Shown piece after piece: positions 40,080-54,281 of a stretch of 64,000 bases of DNA. Where the stretch lies: NCBI RefSeq assembly GCF_008831285.2, contig NC_045138.2:12028001-12092000 (forward strand), given 5' to 3'. Numbering within the stretch: the first letter of the stretch is position 1; every line of letters begins with the position of its first letter. The notes beneath the pieces were generated by a model, which worked only from the letters and a program-made list of their open reading frames with translations, searched no databases and was not told the origin of the DNA. The DNA comes from Nymphaea colorata. Lineage: Eukaryota. Position numbers and translations under genes: made by a program.

Positions 40080-42150
40080 CTAGGTAAATCATTGGTACTT
40101 TACATCACCGTAAATGAGTTAGCATGCAACAATTTCTTGGCATAGAACGAGGAGGACTGTTGCATCGAGTATGCAATATATTACGTCAGCAAAACTTTTA
40201 TCTTGCATGAAAAGAAGTATTCTTCCTTAGGAAAGCTTGCATAACACTTGTTTGGATGTGTCAGAAGCTGACATATTATTTGCTACCTTGTGGGGTTAAG
40301 ATACTCTCTAAACTAAATACGCTAAAGTATATCTCGGAGCAACCATTCCTTAAAGGATGCATCACCAAATGACAATTATTTTTGATGCAATATTATCTTA
40401 AATATGTGACATAAAAATCAATCAAAGGACAATTGATAGCAGACTATCTAGCATATTTTCCTCAATGTGAAGAAATCAGAGCAAACGATGCATTTCTTGT
40501 TGAACACGTATTAATTTTGAAAGTGGCACCGGTGCATAAGATGATCTTTGATGGATCTATAAATATGATGTGGAGCAGGTATAGACATTTTGCTTATCAC
40601 TCCGAAAGGTGAAATGATTTCATACTCTTTGAAACTTGACTTTTCATATACATATAAAATAGCTGAATGTGATGCCCTTATACAAGGACTTCATTCTTTG
40701 TTGAGTTTCCAAGGAAAAAAGGTTCATGCATTTGGCTACTTAGCTTACCATCAACCAAGTGAATGGAGAATGGCAAGCCAAAGATTGAAAGTTCGTGTCA
40801 TATCAAGAGATCACTATTTTCTTAATCCATCAATTTGAAGAAGTTAAGCTGCCTCATTGCAGGTGGCCTCGCAAGCCAATACAGTGATTCATTCTTTTGA
40901 AATTGAAAAGTTAGAGCATCCTGCTTTTGAAGTGATGCAATAGGTTCATCATATCCAAGAAGGAAAGATGCTTTGGAATCACAATATCAAAAGTCATATC
41001 GTGATTATAGAATTCTTGACTGCATGCCTAAGAGAGAGTAAAAAGCAATTCAATGCATGTTAGTAAGGTACTTTATTCTTTTTGAAGTGCTAATACTGAA
41101 TACTCTTGATGTCTTGATGAGGATGAGACAAAGGAAGTCATCAAAGAGGCACATCCAAGAAATTGTGGGGGTCATGTTGGTTATCAAACCCTTATAAGGC
41201 AAATACTTTGTACATGATACTATTGGTTTGCTATACAAAAAAATTGTTGCCAATTCATCAAAAGATGTAGGGAATGTCATTTGCATGGCCCAAAAATCCA
41301 TGCACCAACTTTGCACTTGCATTAAATAACATAACTTTGGGCCTTTTCAATGTGGTCATTTAACATAGTCGGACCAATATCTCTTACAGCTTCTAATGGC
41401 CATAAGTCTTGCTGCAACATACTATTTTACCATATATGTAAAAGTCACACTTAGGATAGTAGAAAGGTGACATATAGTTTCATTTACAAAAATATTTTGT
41501 ATGGATGCTGAGTCACACATGACATAGTATCTTATAACAATACTCATTTCAAAAAAAAAAAAAAAACCAGCTATGCAGCAAATATCATATCAAGCATCAT
41601 TTGCTAGCTCCTTATTATCATCAAGGTAATGGATAAGCAGAAGCCACAAATATGATCCTGATCCGCATCTTGGAGCAAACAATAGAGACTAAACGAGACT
41701 GGCATGAAAAGATACACAATGCCTTGTGGGCATATGGCACTACTATGAGGATTCCAACAAATACCACCCCAATAGAACTAGTTTACAAAACAAAAGTGGT
41801 TTTACCATTACATAGATTAAAACCTGCTTTGAAGTTTGCTTTTCTTATAGAACTTCTTCTAAATGAGTACTAAAAGAAGAGATTGATGCAACTCGATTTG
41901 CTAAATTAAAAGTGGTTGAGCATGCTAAAGTTTACGTCAAAGGGTGACCAGACAATTTGCCAAGTCAGTTATAAGGAGACATTTCGAAGTGAATAACTTA
42001 ATCCTATAATCCATGGTGTATCTCTCAGAGGACGACCGCGTGACAATTAGGTACCGAATTGGGTTAAGGAAGCATTGCCCAATTATTTATACAGATTGAT
42101 TGATGTTGACAGGATGGAACTCATTGATCATGTTAACACTTTTTACCTTA
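40080..42150 (+). pseudogene. Ogre/Tat pol remnant: RNase H, archaeal-type RNase H, integrase
   Basis: EYAIYYVSKTL..EKKYS (RH); ISYSLKLDF..IAECDALIQGL (aRH, cf. NNxAEYEALIxGL); GNG*AEATNMILIRIL..RDWHEKIHNALWAYGTTMRIPTNTTPIELVY (integrase). Many stops and frameshifts; no gag or RT recognisable. Confidence 0.85.
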
Positions 42151-42304
42151 AAAAATTTTATGGTTAGTTCTCTTGCATTCACCTTTCAATCATATTTATG
42201 TTCTTTACATTTTATCCTTTATTGCTTTGGATCTTTCTCAATTGTAAAAATAATTACACTAAGACATTTTTTTTCAGTACTATCATGCAAAAATTCAAGA
42301 GCAA

Positions 42305-42460
42305 CTCATGTAAGTAATGGGTAAAACCTGTAACGCAAGCCAAAGCAACCCACTCAGGTAACAGGTTAAACATGAACTCAATATTAGCAAACCCAGGTAG
42401 GTAATGGGTTAAACTTGCAACAAGCTCAAATAACTCATTCAGGTAAGGAGTTAAACTTGA
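42305..42460 (+). repeat. Short degenerate tandem repeats in the Ogre 3' UTR
   Basis: Four GGTAA(T/C/G)...GTTAAAC(T/A)TG-like units just upstream of the PPT. Confidence 0.6.
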
Positions 42461-44294
42461 AATGTCATTTCAAATATGCTTTAGTTTTCAAAATTTAGGA
42501 TGCTTATCTTTGCCACTAAGCACGACATACACTGACTTAGTAACAAAGAAGAGCATTTGTTATCACCCCTAAATTTTATCAAGAGATTGTACTCAATTTA
42601 TTTAAACATATTTGAGTGATTTCAATCATTTTGATAGTGATTTGGATCTAATTTTAGACTCAAGGACTAAGCTCACCCCAAACAAACTTCTAGATCCATA
42701 TCCAAATTCAAAACTTGACCTTAGATCCAAAATAGACCTTTAGATCCATGTCCAAATTAAAATCTCAACCATAGATTCAAAACAAACTTCTAGATCCATA
42801 TCCAAATCCAAATTTGACCCTAGACTTAAAACAGACATTTAGATCTGTGTCCCAATTCAAATCTCGACCCTAGATCCAAAATAGTCTATAGATCCATGTC
42901 TGAATCCACATGCAAGGTTGAAATCCAAAATCTAACTTTAGATCCTGATTTGGATCCAAGTCCAAGTCTTAGATCCAAAATACAAAGCCAAATTCCGTAA
43001 TCAAACCAAGAAGCCAAATCGAGTCCAAATTAGGAAGGTGATCCTAAAAGCCGCTCTCGGGTCCGAATTAGGAAGGTGATCCTGAAAGCGGCTCTTAGGT
43101 CCAAATTAGATCCAAATCAAGAGTTTGAACTTAAAATCCAAAGTTGAGATCAAAATAACAATTTTCAACCCTATTTAGTGTCACGCGCGCGTGCAAACCT
43201 CCCTTTTGTTTTTCTCTTGGGTATGAGCTAACTAAAAACCTCCAATTCTCTTCTTCTCTTTTTCTTTTTCTTCTTTTTTTCTCCAACTTTGGGAGCAAAC
43301 TTTTTTTTTTTTAACTTTCACTCTTCAAGAGTGCACAAGGAGACCGCTTGGGGAGACATTTTAACACCTTGGAAGCTCACTTGGAGGGGCTTCGGGGTCA
43401 TATGGAGAAGAAGATTAGTTCCCCTCCAACTGGTCTACTTAGAAATATAAAGTCATTATCTCACTCTTTTTTTCCATTCTTTATCTCTTTATCGCTATAC
43501 ATGATAGCTCTAAAATCTCCTTTTCGGAGTCAAGAGCTACTCTTGAGTACACGGAGTGTAAGCAATGTGAAATAAAATTTTATTTTCCTTTCTAGAATCA
43601 AAATATATTTCTTTCTTCTCTTTGCTCATTGAATGTGTGCATTGTTTATGTTTGAAATGATGTTCATGCATAGTTGATTGATTTTCTAATTAATATGTGA
43701 ATGAACGGTAAAAACAAGTATTTGAGTTGAAAGTTCTTTATTATTATGTTAATTTTTGAGGTTAAGTTTTGTCCAACCCGAGAAAACCCTTAAAAATATG
43801 TATATGTTAAAATGCATCTTCATGACATTCTTACATTTAGTATTGATTATTTCTTATAATTACCTGATTAGGGATCTGAATGAGAGCTTTCTTACCTTAT
43901 TAACTTTTCATTCTATGTCTACTTGATTTTCTCTCATACCTAACAGTTAGAAAAATAAATTTCTTTATAGTAGATGAAATAACTATTATGTTTTTAGATG
44001 TTTATATAAATATATTTTGAATTTTTGTTTTAAAAAAAAAATCAAAAAATAAGAACCTTCTTCAATGAGACCTTGGATACTTAGCTTATGCTTTTGCATG
44101 AAACCAAGTTTCTCTCTAACCTACATAGAAAAATTGAAGTTGAAAATGCTTCAAATTATCTCTTGAATTTAATTTATATATATATATATATTCCCCTTTG
44201 TCTCTCTTTTTCGAAAATCTTCTTCTCTTTCTCTCTCTTTGATTTAAAATCTTCTTTTACAAATTTTCATATATATATATATATTAAAGTTTTT

Positions 44295-44330
<36 letters not shown>

Positions 44331-44406
44331 CGTCTCTTTTTTTTAAATTTTTCTTTACCTCCCTCTTTCTCTTTATTTATTTTGGCTTAAAATCATTTTT
44401 TATGAA

Positions 44407-44466
<60 letters not shown>

Positions 44467-44476
44467 CATATATATA
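44407..44476. repeat. (TA)n microsatellite in the 3' LTR
   Basis: Direct inspection. Confidence 0.9.
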
Positions 44477-45165
44477 CGTCTCTTTTTTTTAAATTTTTCT
44501 TTACCTCCCTCTTTTTCTTTATTTATTTTGGCTTAAAATCATTTTTTATGAATATATGTAAGTGCATATGTGTTTATATATACATATACATATGTCATTT
44601 CTCTAAAATCACTTCCTCTCTCTCTCTCCCTCTCTTTCTTTTTCTTTCTTTTACTCATCCAAATATTTTTCTTTTAAGACCTAAAAATTTTCATTTTCAT
44701 TTATTGACTTTAATAAGACCAAATCTCAACCTTTATGACAAAACGATAAAAAATATACAAACAAGTATAGGAGATCTAAATGTATGTGATCGTACGAATG
44801 CTTTTAAATGAATGTTATAATAAGAATGAAAAAAATACTTTTAATCATATAAAACCAATGCATTCACAATCATTTGTCGAATCCACTTATGGTCATAAGC
44901 ACCTCTTTAAGAAAACTTAAGGTGGAACACTAATTAGATAGTAACTGAATTAGGATAATATCTCAAACCTACTTAATGCTTTAAGGAAACAATAATTGAT
45001 TTCATTTTTTTTTTGAAAATATCAACATTAACTTTCAAAGATTTCAAACACTACTCGTAAAACTTTCACGATTTCAAAATTTCTTTAATGAAAAAGGCTT
45101 ATCCTCTCAAATGATAATTCAAAATTTTCTCATCCAAAAGTCTTTGAGACATCAATACTCAAAAG

Positions 45166-46430
45166 CAATGTTTTAAAAGGCAAAAAGGTGAGGAGAGACA
45201 TTGAGCCTCTCATGAGACATGGCGAGATGAGGCGTTAGTTGAAGCGTAAGCTTCAAGGCCAAATTTGTTAATTATATAATAACTATAAACATAACAAGAA
45301 ATTTTAAAAAAAAAGTAAGAGCATATCAGGTAATCCAAGCGAAAGAATTGATGGCCAGTATGATCAAACCATATCTTGGAATGTGCATTTAAGGCCCAAA
45401 TATATAACGCTAAACAAATTGCAATCATCATAACATCTAAAAAAGAGGCAACATTTCTGAAATCCTGCAATAACATCAGGAAATGCTCATTGAAGTTTCT
45501 CATCACTGAGTCAACAACTAATAACCGTTGAAAACTATATTGATCATACAAAATCAGTCAATGGGTTAGTTGGAGCCCATGCTGCTTCCTTTCTTTTTAT
45601 TCATTTAATTGCAGGAATTTTGTTTTATTAACTATTTTGTTTCATTTTTTTGTTCTAGATTCTAACTTAGCTGAAAAAGAATCTAGATAGTATGAAAGAA
45701 AGGATAAATGACACTAGATGATCAGGATTTACCGCTCATATCATCATATTATGTGAAACTTTTCTGGTTTAAGCTAACCCTACTAGACCTGTAACTGATA
45801 AAATATAACGTCTTGACTGCAAATAAATGTAGATTATGATAATAACTCAAAAAGGTTAGTTAAGGTGCAAGAATTAGATTAGCGATTTTATGACTGGGAA
45901 GCCTAGGTTTTGTGCGGCGGCAAAATCGATGCAGCTTAAGTTAATTTTCTGTGAAGATCTTCAAAGGCTATTATAGTCCTACCTCAGGTCTATCATTAAC
46001 ATGATGTTTTAATAATGAAAACAATTTCCTTCATTTGGAAGGCTTTGACTTAGGGGTTGTTTAGATAAGCTTAGGAAGAGGGAACACTACAGGCTGCTGG
46101 CAGCGATAGACCTCTGTAGCAAGAAATTTTCACCTTTCTCTCAGGCTCCCTCTTCAATAACAAAATCTAGACATTATACCTTCACTTAAACCTATCAGTC
46201 ATTATTTTCTTCTTTTCTTTAAGTTTTTTAAATTTTATAAACAAACAAAAAAAGACATGCGTGAGGCGTATGCTTCAGGCATGAGGTGCTTCTAAGGATG
46301 AGGTGTGCGCCTCACCCAATGAAGCGCACGCTTCAGGGTGGAGGTGCCTCACCCCTTAGCCTTTGAGGGCTTTTTCTTGTAAAAATGCTTCAACGCGTAT
46401 GCTTCAAGGCATCAAGTGTGTTTCACATTG
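45166..46430. mobile_element. Old non-autonomous hAT-like insertion inside the Ogre 3' LTR
   Basis: Absent from the 5' LTR at the homologous position (~38910). Ends CAATGT...ACATTG; subterminal GAGGCG/CGCCTC motifs; degenerate 8-bp TSD CTCAAAAG / TTCAAAAT. Confidence 0.65.
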
Positions 46431-46858
46431 TTCAAAATTTTTTCCAACCACATTTAAGGTGAAGAAAATGTTTAAGTAAACAATAAGTATTGTTATTGGA
46501 TTAGTTATTTTTGGTAAAAACACCGAAAATGGCTAATTCTTGTATCGATGGACACGAGTTCTCTTTTTTTTCTTTTTTCTTCCAAGACAAAAACCTTATG
46601 TTTCTGAAGTAATGAAAAACCAACAATAATTTTTGGGATGCAAAAAACATCTCATGTGCTCTCTTTTTTGCTCTTTCAATGGTGACAAACTCAGAGCAAC
46701 CACCATGAATCTCTCATCCCTGCTGTGCGACACCCCATCAAGAGCACCGTTGACAACCTGCCCACCATCAGTGCTTTTGGTTAATTATATTCTTGAATGA
46801 TACTATAATAGAGTGGTGCTATGAATGACTATGGATTGTTACTCGAATGACTATAGAT

Positions 46859-47601
46859 CAATGTTATAAAAGGTGTAGCATATCGTGTATCGGTCAGGCC
46901 GACCTATACGCCTTATCATAATTTATCGCAAACGTAGTGTAGCGTATCGTAAAATTAAAAATTTTAATTAAAAAAATTAAAAAATCAGAAAAAATAGAGA
47001 AAAATCATTAAAAATATGAAAAAATAAACAAAAAAAATCAGAAATCAAGAAAAATGTTTTCAAATATAAAAAAGATCATATACGTAAGGAACATTCATGT
47101 GTATCAACAACATATTCAAAAATAAGAAATTAGAGATTCAAAATAACATCCATCACTATTTTAAACTTGAAAATTTTATAAAATCTTAGAACTTAGAGTC
47201 TTAGGACTTTGAGTTTCTGAACTTATATTACATTATAATTTCATAAGTTCAAAACATATAGTTATCATCTTTCATGATGCAATGATAATATCTCTCCAAA
47301 TTGATGAATTCTCTGTTATTTTTTATGAAAATGGGCAAAATCTCTCCCTCCCACGTCTCTTGGACTCTTTAAATACAAGAAAAAAGAGAGGGATGAGTGT
47401 TTAAACTTTAAAAATTAAAGAATTTTGTGTTTTTTCCCGTATCGTATAATACGAGAGTGTATCGCCTGTATCATACGATACGATGCCTGTATCATACGAT
47501 ACAGGTGATATGCTTATGATATACGAGCGTATCGTGTATCGTATAGATTTTTTAGACCTATGCAATACGTATCGGATGATACGAAGATAGAGATAGCATT
47601 G
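46859..47601. mobile_element. Non-autonomous hAT element (743 bp)
   Basis: TIRs CAATGTTAT / ATAGCATTG; perfect 8-bp TSD CTATAGAT (46851-46858, 47602-47609); subterminal CGTATCG/CGATACG repeats. Confidence 0.88.
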
Positions 47602-48004
47602 CTATAGATTGTTACTAGCTTAGCTGAGGAAAGACACTTGGTATACCTTAAAGGAAAATCCCTCTTGTGGATTTGCAAAACCAAACATACTGCGGGTTTA
47701 TAACATCTGAGAGTTAAGGATTCCTTCATGCACAATCAATAAAAAAAACAGCAAAAAAATAAGATGGACACTAGATGAGTATGAATAGTATTTCATTATA
47801 TCATTCAAAAGAAAGTTAGAAGCTTCCACCCAACTCACCCAACTCTTGTTGGTGGAGGGTTTGCTTTTAATATCTAGTACCTGGATATGCTGCTTCTACC
47901 ATGCTTTAACTCTAAAAAATAACACATTAAAAGATTTAGAATAAGAAATGACCATCTAGTAACCCCATCAAAACAAAACTGACCTTCTACAAGCCTCCAT
48001 CCAA

Positions 48005-48102
48005 GGTACCCCAACCCCTCAATAACAAAATACGATGGTACCCCAACCCCTCAATAACAAAATACGATGGTACCCCAACCCCTCCATAACACAATACGAT
48101 GG
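48005..48102 (+). repeat. 32-bp minisatellite, 3 copies
   Basis: GGTACCCCAACCCCTCAATAACAAAATACGAT at 48005, 48037 and 48069 (third copy has 2 changes). Confidence 0.93.
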
Positions 48103-49046
48103 ACTCTATGGTAGCGTGTAATATTCTAAAGCTGCACTACTTTGAAATATTTTAAAATACCTGCGGAAATTTGGCCGCCGATGGCTGAAGTTTTAAACGT
48201 TTGGCTCCTATGGCCTTCCTATCTCAACCAGCGGACGTCCTTCACCGACCAACATTCCGCTTACGCTTCTTTTAGCGTCAAGATCGTCGGTCCCTTTCCA
48301 TCTGTTATTGGGTTTGGACCCCGTTGTTGATTCTGCCTCAGTTTGTAACCACCTTTTTTTCTGTTTATTCTAGTGGTTTGGTCTTCAATATTACTTTTCC
48401 TCGGGTTTTCGAGGTACTTTGATGTTTCTTCCTTACTCGTTTATGTTTCCAATTTGTTGCTTCCCTTTTTCTTGGCGAGGTTAAATTGATGATTGCTTAT
48501 ATCGTGTAGTTTAATTGATTTTGGTAGTTGCATTTTGATCTTGCATCTCTTGTTGATCTCAATGTTCTTTGTGTTTCTTCCACCTCGAAGGAATGTGAAG
48601 ATTCTATTTGTTTGGTTTTCTTTATTGGCTAACCTTTCACTAAAAACTGTTTCCGAACCTACAGGTGCAGCGGCAGTCTAGTAATATCCTGTAGTATAGC
48701 ATCCACAGTGAAACAAGCGGAAATTGTTAAGTTGAATTGCAATTTGCTCCAAGAATGTTAGTTGGGAATTTTGCCCTCCGAAATCCGAATAAGATGGGAG
48801 ATTTTTCTTCTCTCTTAGATGTTTTATTAAATTTCCATTACAATATGCATTTCAGCCGTTGCACTTCTAAGCGCTTTTATTAAAGTTGATAAGCCAAATA
48901 TATATGTTTATTGCTATTTTTTGCCATTATATTGTTATCTATTGGATTCTGGTTACTATAGACGAGCTTTGCTGCGTCAAAGTCCACACACGGGGAGTTT
49001 AATTAGTTGGATATCCAGGTTGGGGGATTCACCCAATGCATGCTCG

Positions 49047-52000
49047 ATGGAAGCGATGATGAAGTGTGGAGTCTACAGTTTCTTTCATTCATTTCCTCTA
49101 GCTTATCGTAGCAACCTCAAGAATCAGAGACTACAACCTTACATAATTTTGTATAGGCCAGTCGCTCGGAACTTCAGATTTATTTGCCATGGTATTGATT
49201 CTCCAAATGCTGGAATTAATAGTTGCCAACAATATCTTCCTCCATGGTTCAGGTGCAAACCTTTATATCATTACAAGAGTGCAGTTGTTGGCTAACTAGC
49301 AGCTTCAGTTTACTGACTGATGAGCCTTTTGGATTTTTGTTTTGCAGTGTCGCTCCTATGATGGATTGGACCGATAACCACTACAGGACTCTTGCACGAC
49401 TTATATCAAAGCATGCATGGCTCTATACGGAAATGGTTGTTGCGGAGACTATTGTCCACCAACAAGAAAATCTTGTACAAATTCTTGCTTTGCGTGCCTA
49501 CCTATGTGCTAACGACATTCACATTTACTTTCCTGTTAATCTGAACATCATTTCCCTTATCTTTAACCAAGTTTTATTCATCTAATTGTTATTATTTCCT
49601 TGTCTTGTTAATGTGTTTGATTTTGTTGATGTCATCAGTTTAGAATGAAGTACGGTTTCTCTTTGGTGAAAAATTGCTAGTTGCATTGTTTGTGGAGCTT
49701 TTCCTTGGAGGATTAAAATATGCTCCCTTGCAAGTATTTGTGAGACTACAAAACAGGCCTTAGATCATATCTCTAGGACATAAAAATTTCTTATATTGCT
49801 AGTTGCTAGAGATTCTTATAATAAGAAAATCTCCACCGGGTTGTGCTTTTGCCTAATTTTCAATATTATAGCATATAAAACATTTGATTTTTCACAAAAC
49901 ATCATACTTTTTTGTCTTTAAGAGCCTGTTAAAAAAAGTAAATGATGTCATCCTATGGGAATTGCAACCTACTAGTTAGGAGTATATTTGCCTTTTATCA
50001 TGATAGGCAAGTCTGATCTTTGGAACTTGTAAGAGGCTTCAATGAGGCAAGGATTTCACTAAATTCAAATACTTGTTGACCAGTTTTTGGTTCTACTATC
50101 AGGTCATGAAACAAAAAGAAAGAACAAACACTTTCTAAAGCTTTAAATCTTTAAGCTTGAATTGGGTTCATCTGCCTAAATCACTAGCATATTAGGTATA
50201 TGTCCACTTCCCTACATAATCATTCCCTGAGCAAGTGCATGGTGTAAAAATTCAATGTTAACAAGGGAACATCTTCCAGTACACATCAAATATCTTTCTG
50301 TATTTCTTCTACTTATACTTTCCCATTTGGAATCTTTCTTTTTGCCTAACACTAGTAGTTGCAACCTACAAATCTTGCTAGATTAGTTTCTTGCCTTTTT
50401 TGAAGAATTATGTGTCACATGTTTTTCTTCCAGATTCATCTCAGGTTAGGCTCATACTCTATATGCATTGCCCACAATGTTTGACAGTACTTTCTAGTTG
50501 AGATACTTAATATTTCACTAGTGGGTTAATTAGCAGGACTAGAATTTTCAGTAGATTTTTGAAATAAGGAGCTGGATGTCAGAGGCAAAAGTCATGGATA
50601 TGATGTGTTAGTCATCCTAGTTTCCCCAGCTCTTTTTCCCCACTTCTTCTTTTTGCTTTTAGAATCCACCTGTACGACAAAATTCACTGATTTTCATGAT
50701 AAATCCACTGGTTCAGTGGAAGACAGGTATCGCTTGTTGGCATTTTTTTTTTTTGGGTTCACATGAAGTTGCTATGATGTTCTCCTGATATTGGATCTAC
50801 GGGATAACATTTATTTCGGCAAGTTTTAACTATAATATTTTGATTGGATTTTGGATCCTTATTGGATTATTTGAATTTTCAGGATAGGTTTTTGGCTTTT
50901 CCTCCAGAGCAGCACCCAATTGTCCTACAAATTGGTGGCAGTAACCTGGAGAACCTTGCAAAAGCTACTGAACTGGCAAATTCTTATAATTATGATGAGA
51001 TCAATCTTAAGTGTGTATTTTGCTTTCCCTTTTGTCTTTCTCCTGTAATTGCTTTAGTCTATATTTAGAATGATGGTTGTTGGATTGCTGCATCTCAGTT
51101 GTGGGTGCCCAAGTGGAAAAGTAGCAGGCCATGGGTGTTTTGGTGCTCAACTTATGTTCAGGCCCAAGGTTCTATAATTGATATCGATATGAATGTGATT
51201 TTCTTTCCTATTCAGTAGTTTATGCTACAAACATGATTTTTTTCCTTTTTAGTACTTTATGTTACTTTTATTATATAGGCTGACTTACATGCCCTGCTGC
51301 CTGCAAGGGAAGTTTGTTGGAGAGGCTATGGCAGCAATTGCTTCAAATTCCAGTGTCCCTGTCAGTGTGAAATGTCGAATTGGTGTTGATGACCGTGATA
51401 CATATGACCAACTATGTGAGATTATTAACTTCAGTATTTTGCAGACAAAATAGCAATACAAGTGTTACTTTCTGGATATCTAACTTGTGTTTGATCTTGT
51501 CGTAGGTGAATTTGTTGATACAGTTTCCTCTTGTTCACCAACAAGGCATTTCATAATACATGCCAGAAAGGCACTGCTCAAAGGTCTCAATCCTGCAGAA
51601 AATAGGAGGATTCCTCCCTTGAAGTATGGGAATTCTTTCTTTTCAAGCATCCATATTCCTGATACTAAATGGATAGTAGAACTGAGAATTTGCTACCTAA
51701 CTTTCCTCATATGTAAATGAATTTGAACCTATTGCATTATTTGTAGTTGTACTTGAAGTTCTTCACTTAAGGCATGAGAGGTTGCTTCCTCTTACATATA
51801 TAGCACACACACACATAGATACATATATATATATATATATTTATTCTCTAGAGAGTTCAAGATGTTTTGATTATCTTTATTGCCAGATACGAGTACTACT
51901 TTGGTCTGCTACGTGATTTCCCTGATCTACAGTTCACAATAAATGGAGGAATAACATGCATAGATGAGGTTAGCATGCTAACTCAAATCATGTCATGATG

Positions 52001-54281
52001 ATAGTCTTGCATCTATTTCAAGCAACCTAGTCAGGTATATGGATTCTAAGAATTGATATGTTTGAGAATTGAGTGATTTTATATTTTAAACTAAACGTGC
52101 TGAAAATTTTGATAACAATGGCCCTCCTACACAAATTCCCTGGTTCTGCTGCTGGAGGCAAATTTTGAAGTGAATCTACTGGGTCTGTTTCTTTCATGCC
52201 ACATAGTAGGAAATGACTCATGTTCAGGCACTCCACCATTTTTGCAAGAAATGGTTCACTTCATTTTATAGAAAAATGCCTTTACTATCGTTCTATTTCT
52301 TGCTGTATAGCAAAAGGACCCTGATGCCTTGGGTTCCTAAGCAATGCTAATACTGTCAATTCAAACTGATGTATCTGAAGAATTTGTCTTAATAGTTACT
52401 AGTTTACTAGTTTTCCTCTCTTTACCTCTATCAATTTCGTGTGTTTATTCAAATTCTCTTGGATGATTCTCCTGTAATTGTAAAATGAGAGAGACAATTT
52501 ACCGGGTTCTCATCCTTTGTCTTTGAATTTCGAAAAGCTCTAAAATAAGTTTTCAAAATGCATAGAAGTAGAACATATCTAACTTGAGTTGAATCATGTT
52601 TAATTGAGCAGGAATATCATAAGAAGACATTCTTTTTAGGAAAATTGAATAGAACTTGTTTGTCTATTCACTATTTTGCATATGTGTACACAAAAGGCAT
52701 CAAAACTTGCTTGAAGGATTTTAAGAATTATGAAGCTTGTGATAATCTGAAATTGACATATTTCTTTGAGAACTGTGGGTTTTGTTTCTTTTTTTCTTCT
52801 GACCTTCATTTTTCTGTGGCTGTGCATGTTCATACTGAAAGAGTTTAGCTCCTTGTTGGTCTCTGGTTTGATTGATAGGTACTTGCTGCAAGAAGTCAAG
52901 GAGCTCATGGAGTAATGGTTGGTCGTGCTGCCTACAGGAAGTATGAATTTTTTGTATTCTTTATGACTTTCTTATATTATGTTTTCTGCTGAGTTAGTCT
53001 CTTATCGATCCTAACTTGTCCTTGTGTAGCTGACACAGTTGACATTAAAAAATTCAACTGTTATTGGTAAAGTTTAAGTTTTGTGCTATAGATGTAGTAG
53101 CAGTGTTGGCTGCTGGCTACCGATCTTGAGCTGCACGAAACGTTGATAGGCACTCATGCACCCTAACCTCAGCTTGATTATGGCCTGTGAGCTAAGTCAC
53201 ATGGGGGTACAGTTCGGGTACGGGTATGGAGATACGGGTACGGACACAACAACTTTAGAAAATGTGGGTATGGGAGTAGGCCGAATATACACACACACAC
53301 ATATATATAAGAGTGTGTGTGTGTGTGTGTATGCAAAATAACATAAAAAATCAAAATGAAAGCAACATTTACATAAACAACTGATTTTAAATAAAAAAAT
53401 TACATGTTAATGAACAATAACTCTAAAAATAGAATGAAAACTGAATTGGAAATGAATCACTTACGATCTAAAAGGTACTCAAGTGTGTCCAACTACCCAC
53501 TTTGGGTATAGGTACGGCGACACAAGTATGTGTACCTTAGTGAATTACCCATGTGGCTTAGCCTGTGAGTCTCGAGGGGTAACCTCTATTATAAAACTCA
53601 GATGCCTCTAATTATTTCAACTCACCCTATGTAAGGGGTTACAAAGTTTGGGTTCTTACAGGACCAGATCCAATCTTACTGTAACTATTTCTTTTTGTTG
53701 AGTTATTTACATATAAGGGCTCCTTTGATTGTGAAGTTAATTCTTTTGTGATTTACCACAATTGGAAATATGGAAGAAGTGATTGTTCATGATGGGAAAA
53801 ACACTATATAGATTGTCTAAGAAATATATAAAGAAGTTTCATAAGCATTTTTTGCTTCATTAGCTTTGTTCAAGTGCCATTTTAACTTTTGAGTCATTTG
53901 AAATTGTCATCTATTCATACTGAATAAGATGCTATTACTGTCTGCCCTTTTTTTCTTGATAGTGCTTTTGTTATTGAAGGGATTACTTCTTTTCTAGGTC
54001 AAATTCCTGCTTTTTCTAACACGTCTCATAACCATGACAGCCCTTGGTCCATGCTGGGCCACGTTGACAGCACAATATATGGGTTGCCTGCTAGTACTAT
54101 CTCTCGTCGCCAGGTTAGCTAGGGTACGTTATATATGGCTTCACCTTTTATTTTCTTTTTCATCACCCTTACTATCAGTAGTTTCTACTTTCTACAGATT
54201 ATTGAGAAGTTTCAGGGTTACAGTGATTCTGTCATTGGAAAATATGGGCCCAATAGACCAAGTCTACGCTCGGTGGTTAAG
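49047..54281 (+). CDS. dusA: tRNA-dihydrouridine(20/20a) synthase, DusA-like FMN oxidoreductase; 3' end not in window
   Basis: GT-AG exons joining in frame: 49047-49252, 49348-49474, 50883-51010, 51099-51168, 51313-51415, 51506-51623, 51887-51968, 52879-52940, 54041-54113, 54198-54281. Motifs [63 protein letters not shown]. No stop codon is reached; start codon choice (49047 or nearby ATGs) is uncertain. Confidence 0.93.
53192..53561. mobile_element. hAT-type MITE in Dus intron 8 (370 bp)
   Basis: TIRs CTAAGTCACATGGG / CCCATGTGGCTTAG (13/14); perfect 8-bp TSD CCTGTGAG (53184-53191, 53562-53569); subterminal GGGTAC repeats. Confidence 0.9.

Noticed and set aside
48005..48102. CRISPR-like 32-bp repeats
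   Set aside because: Repeats are contiguous with no spacers, the context is eukaryotic, and there are no cas genes.
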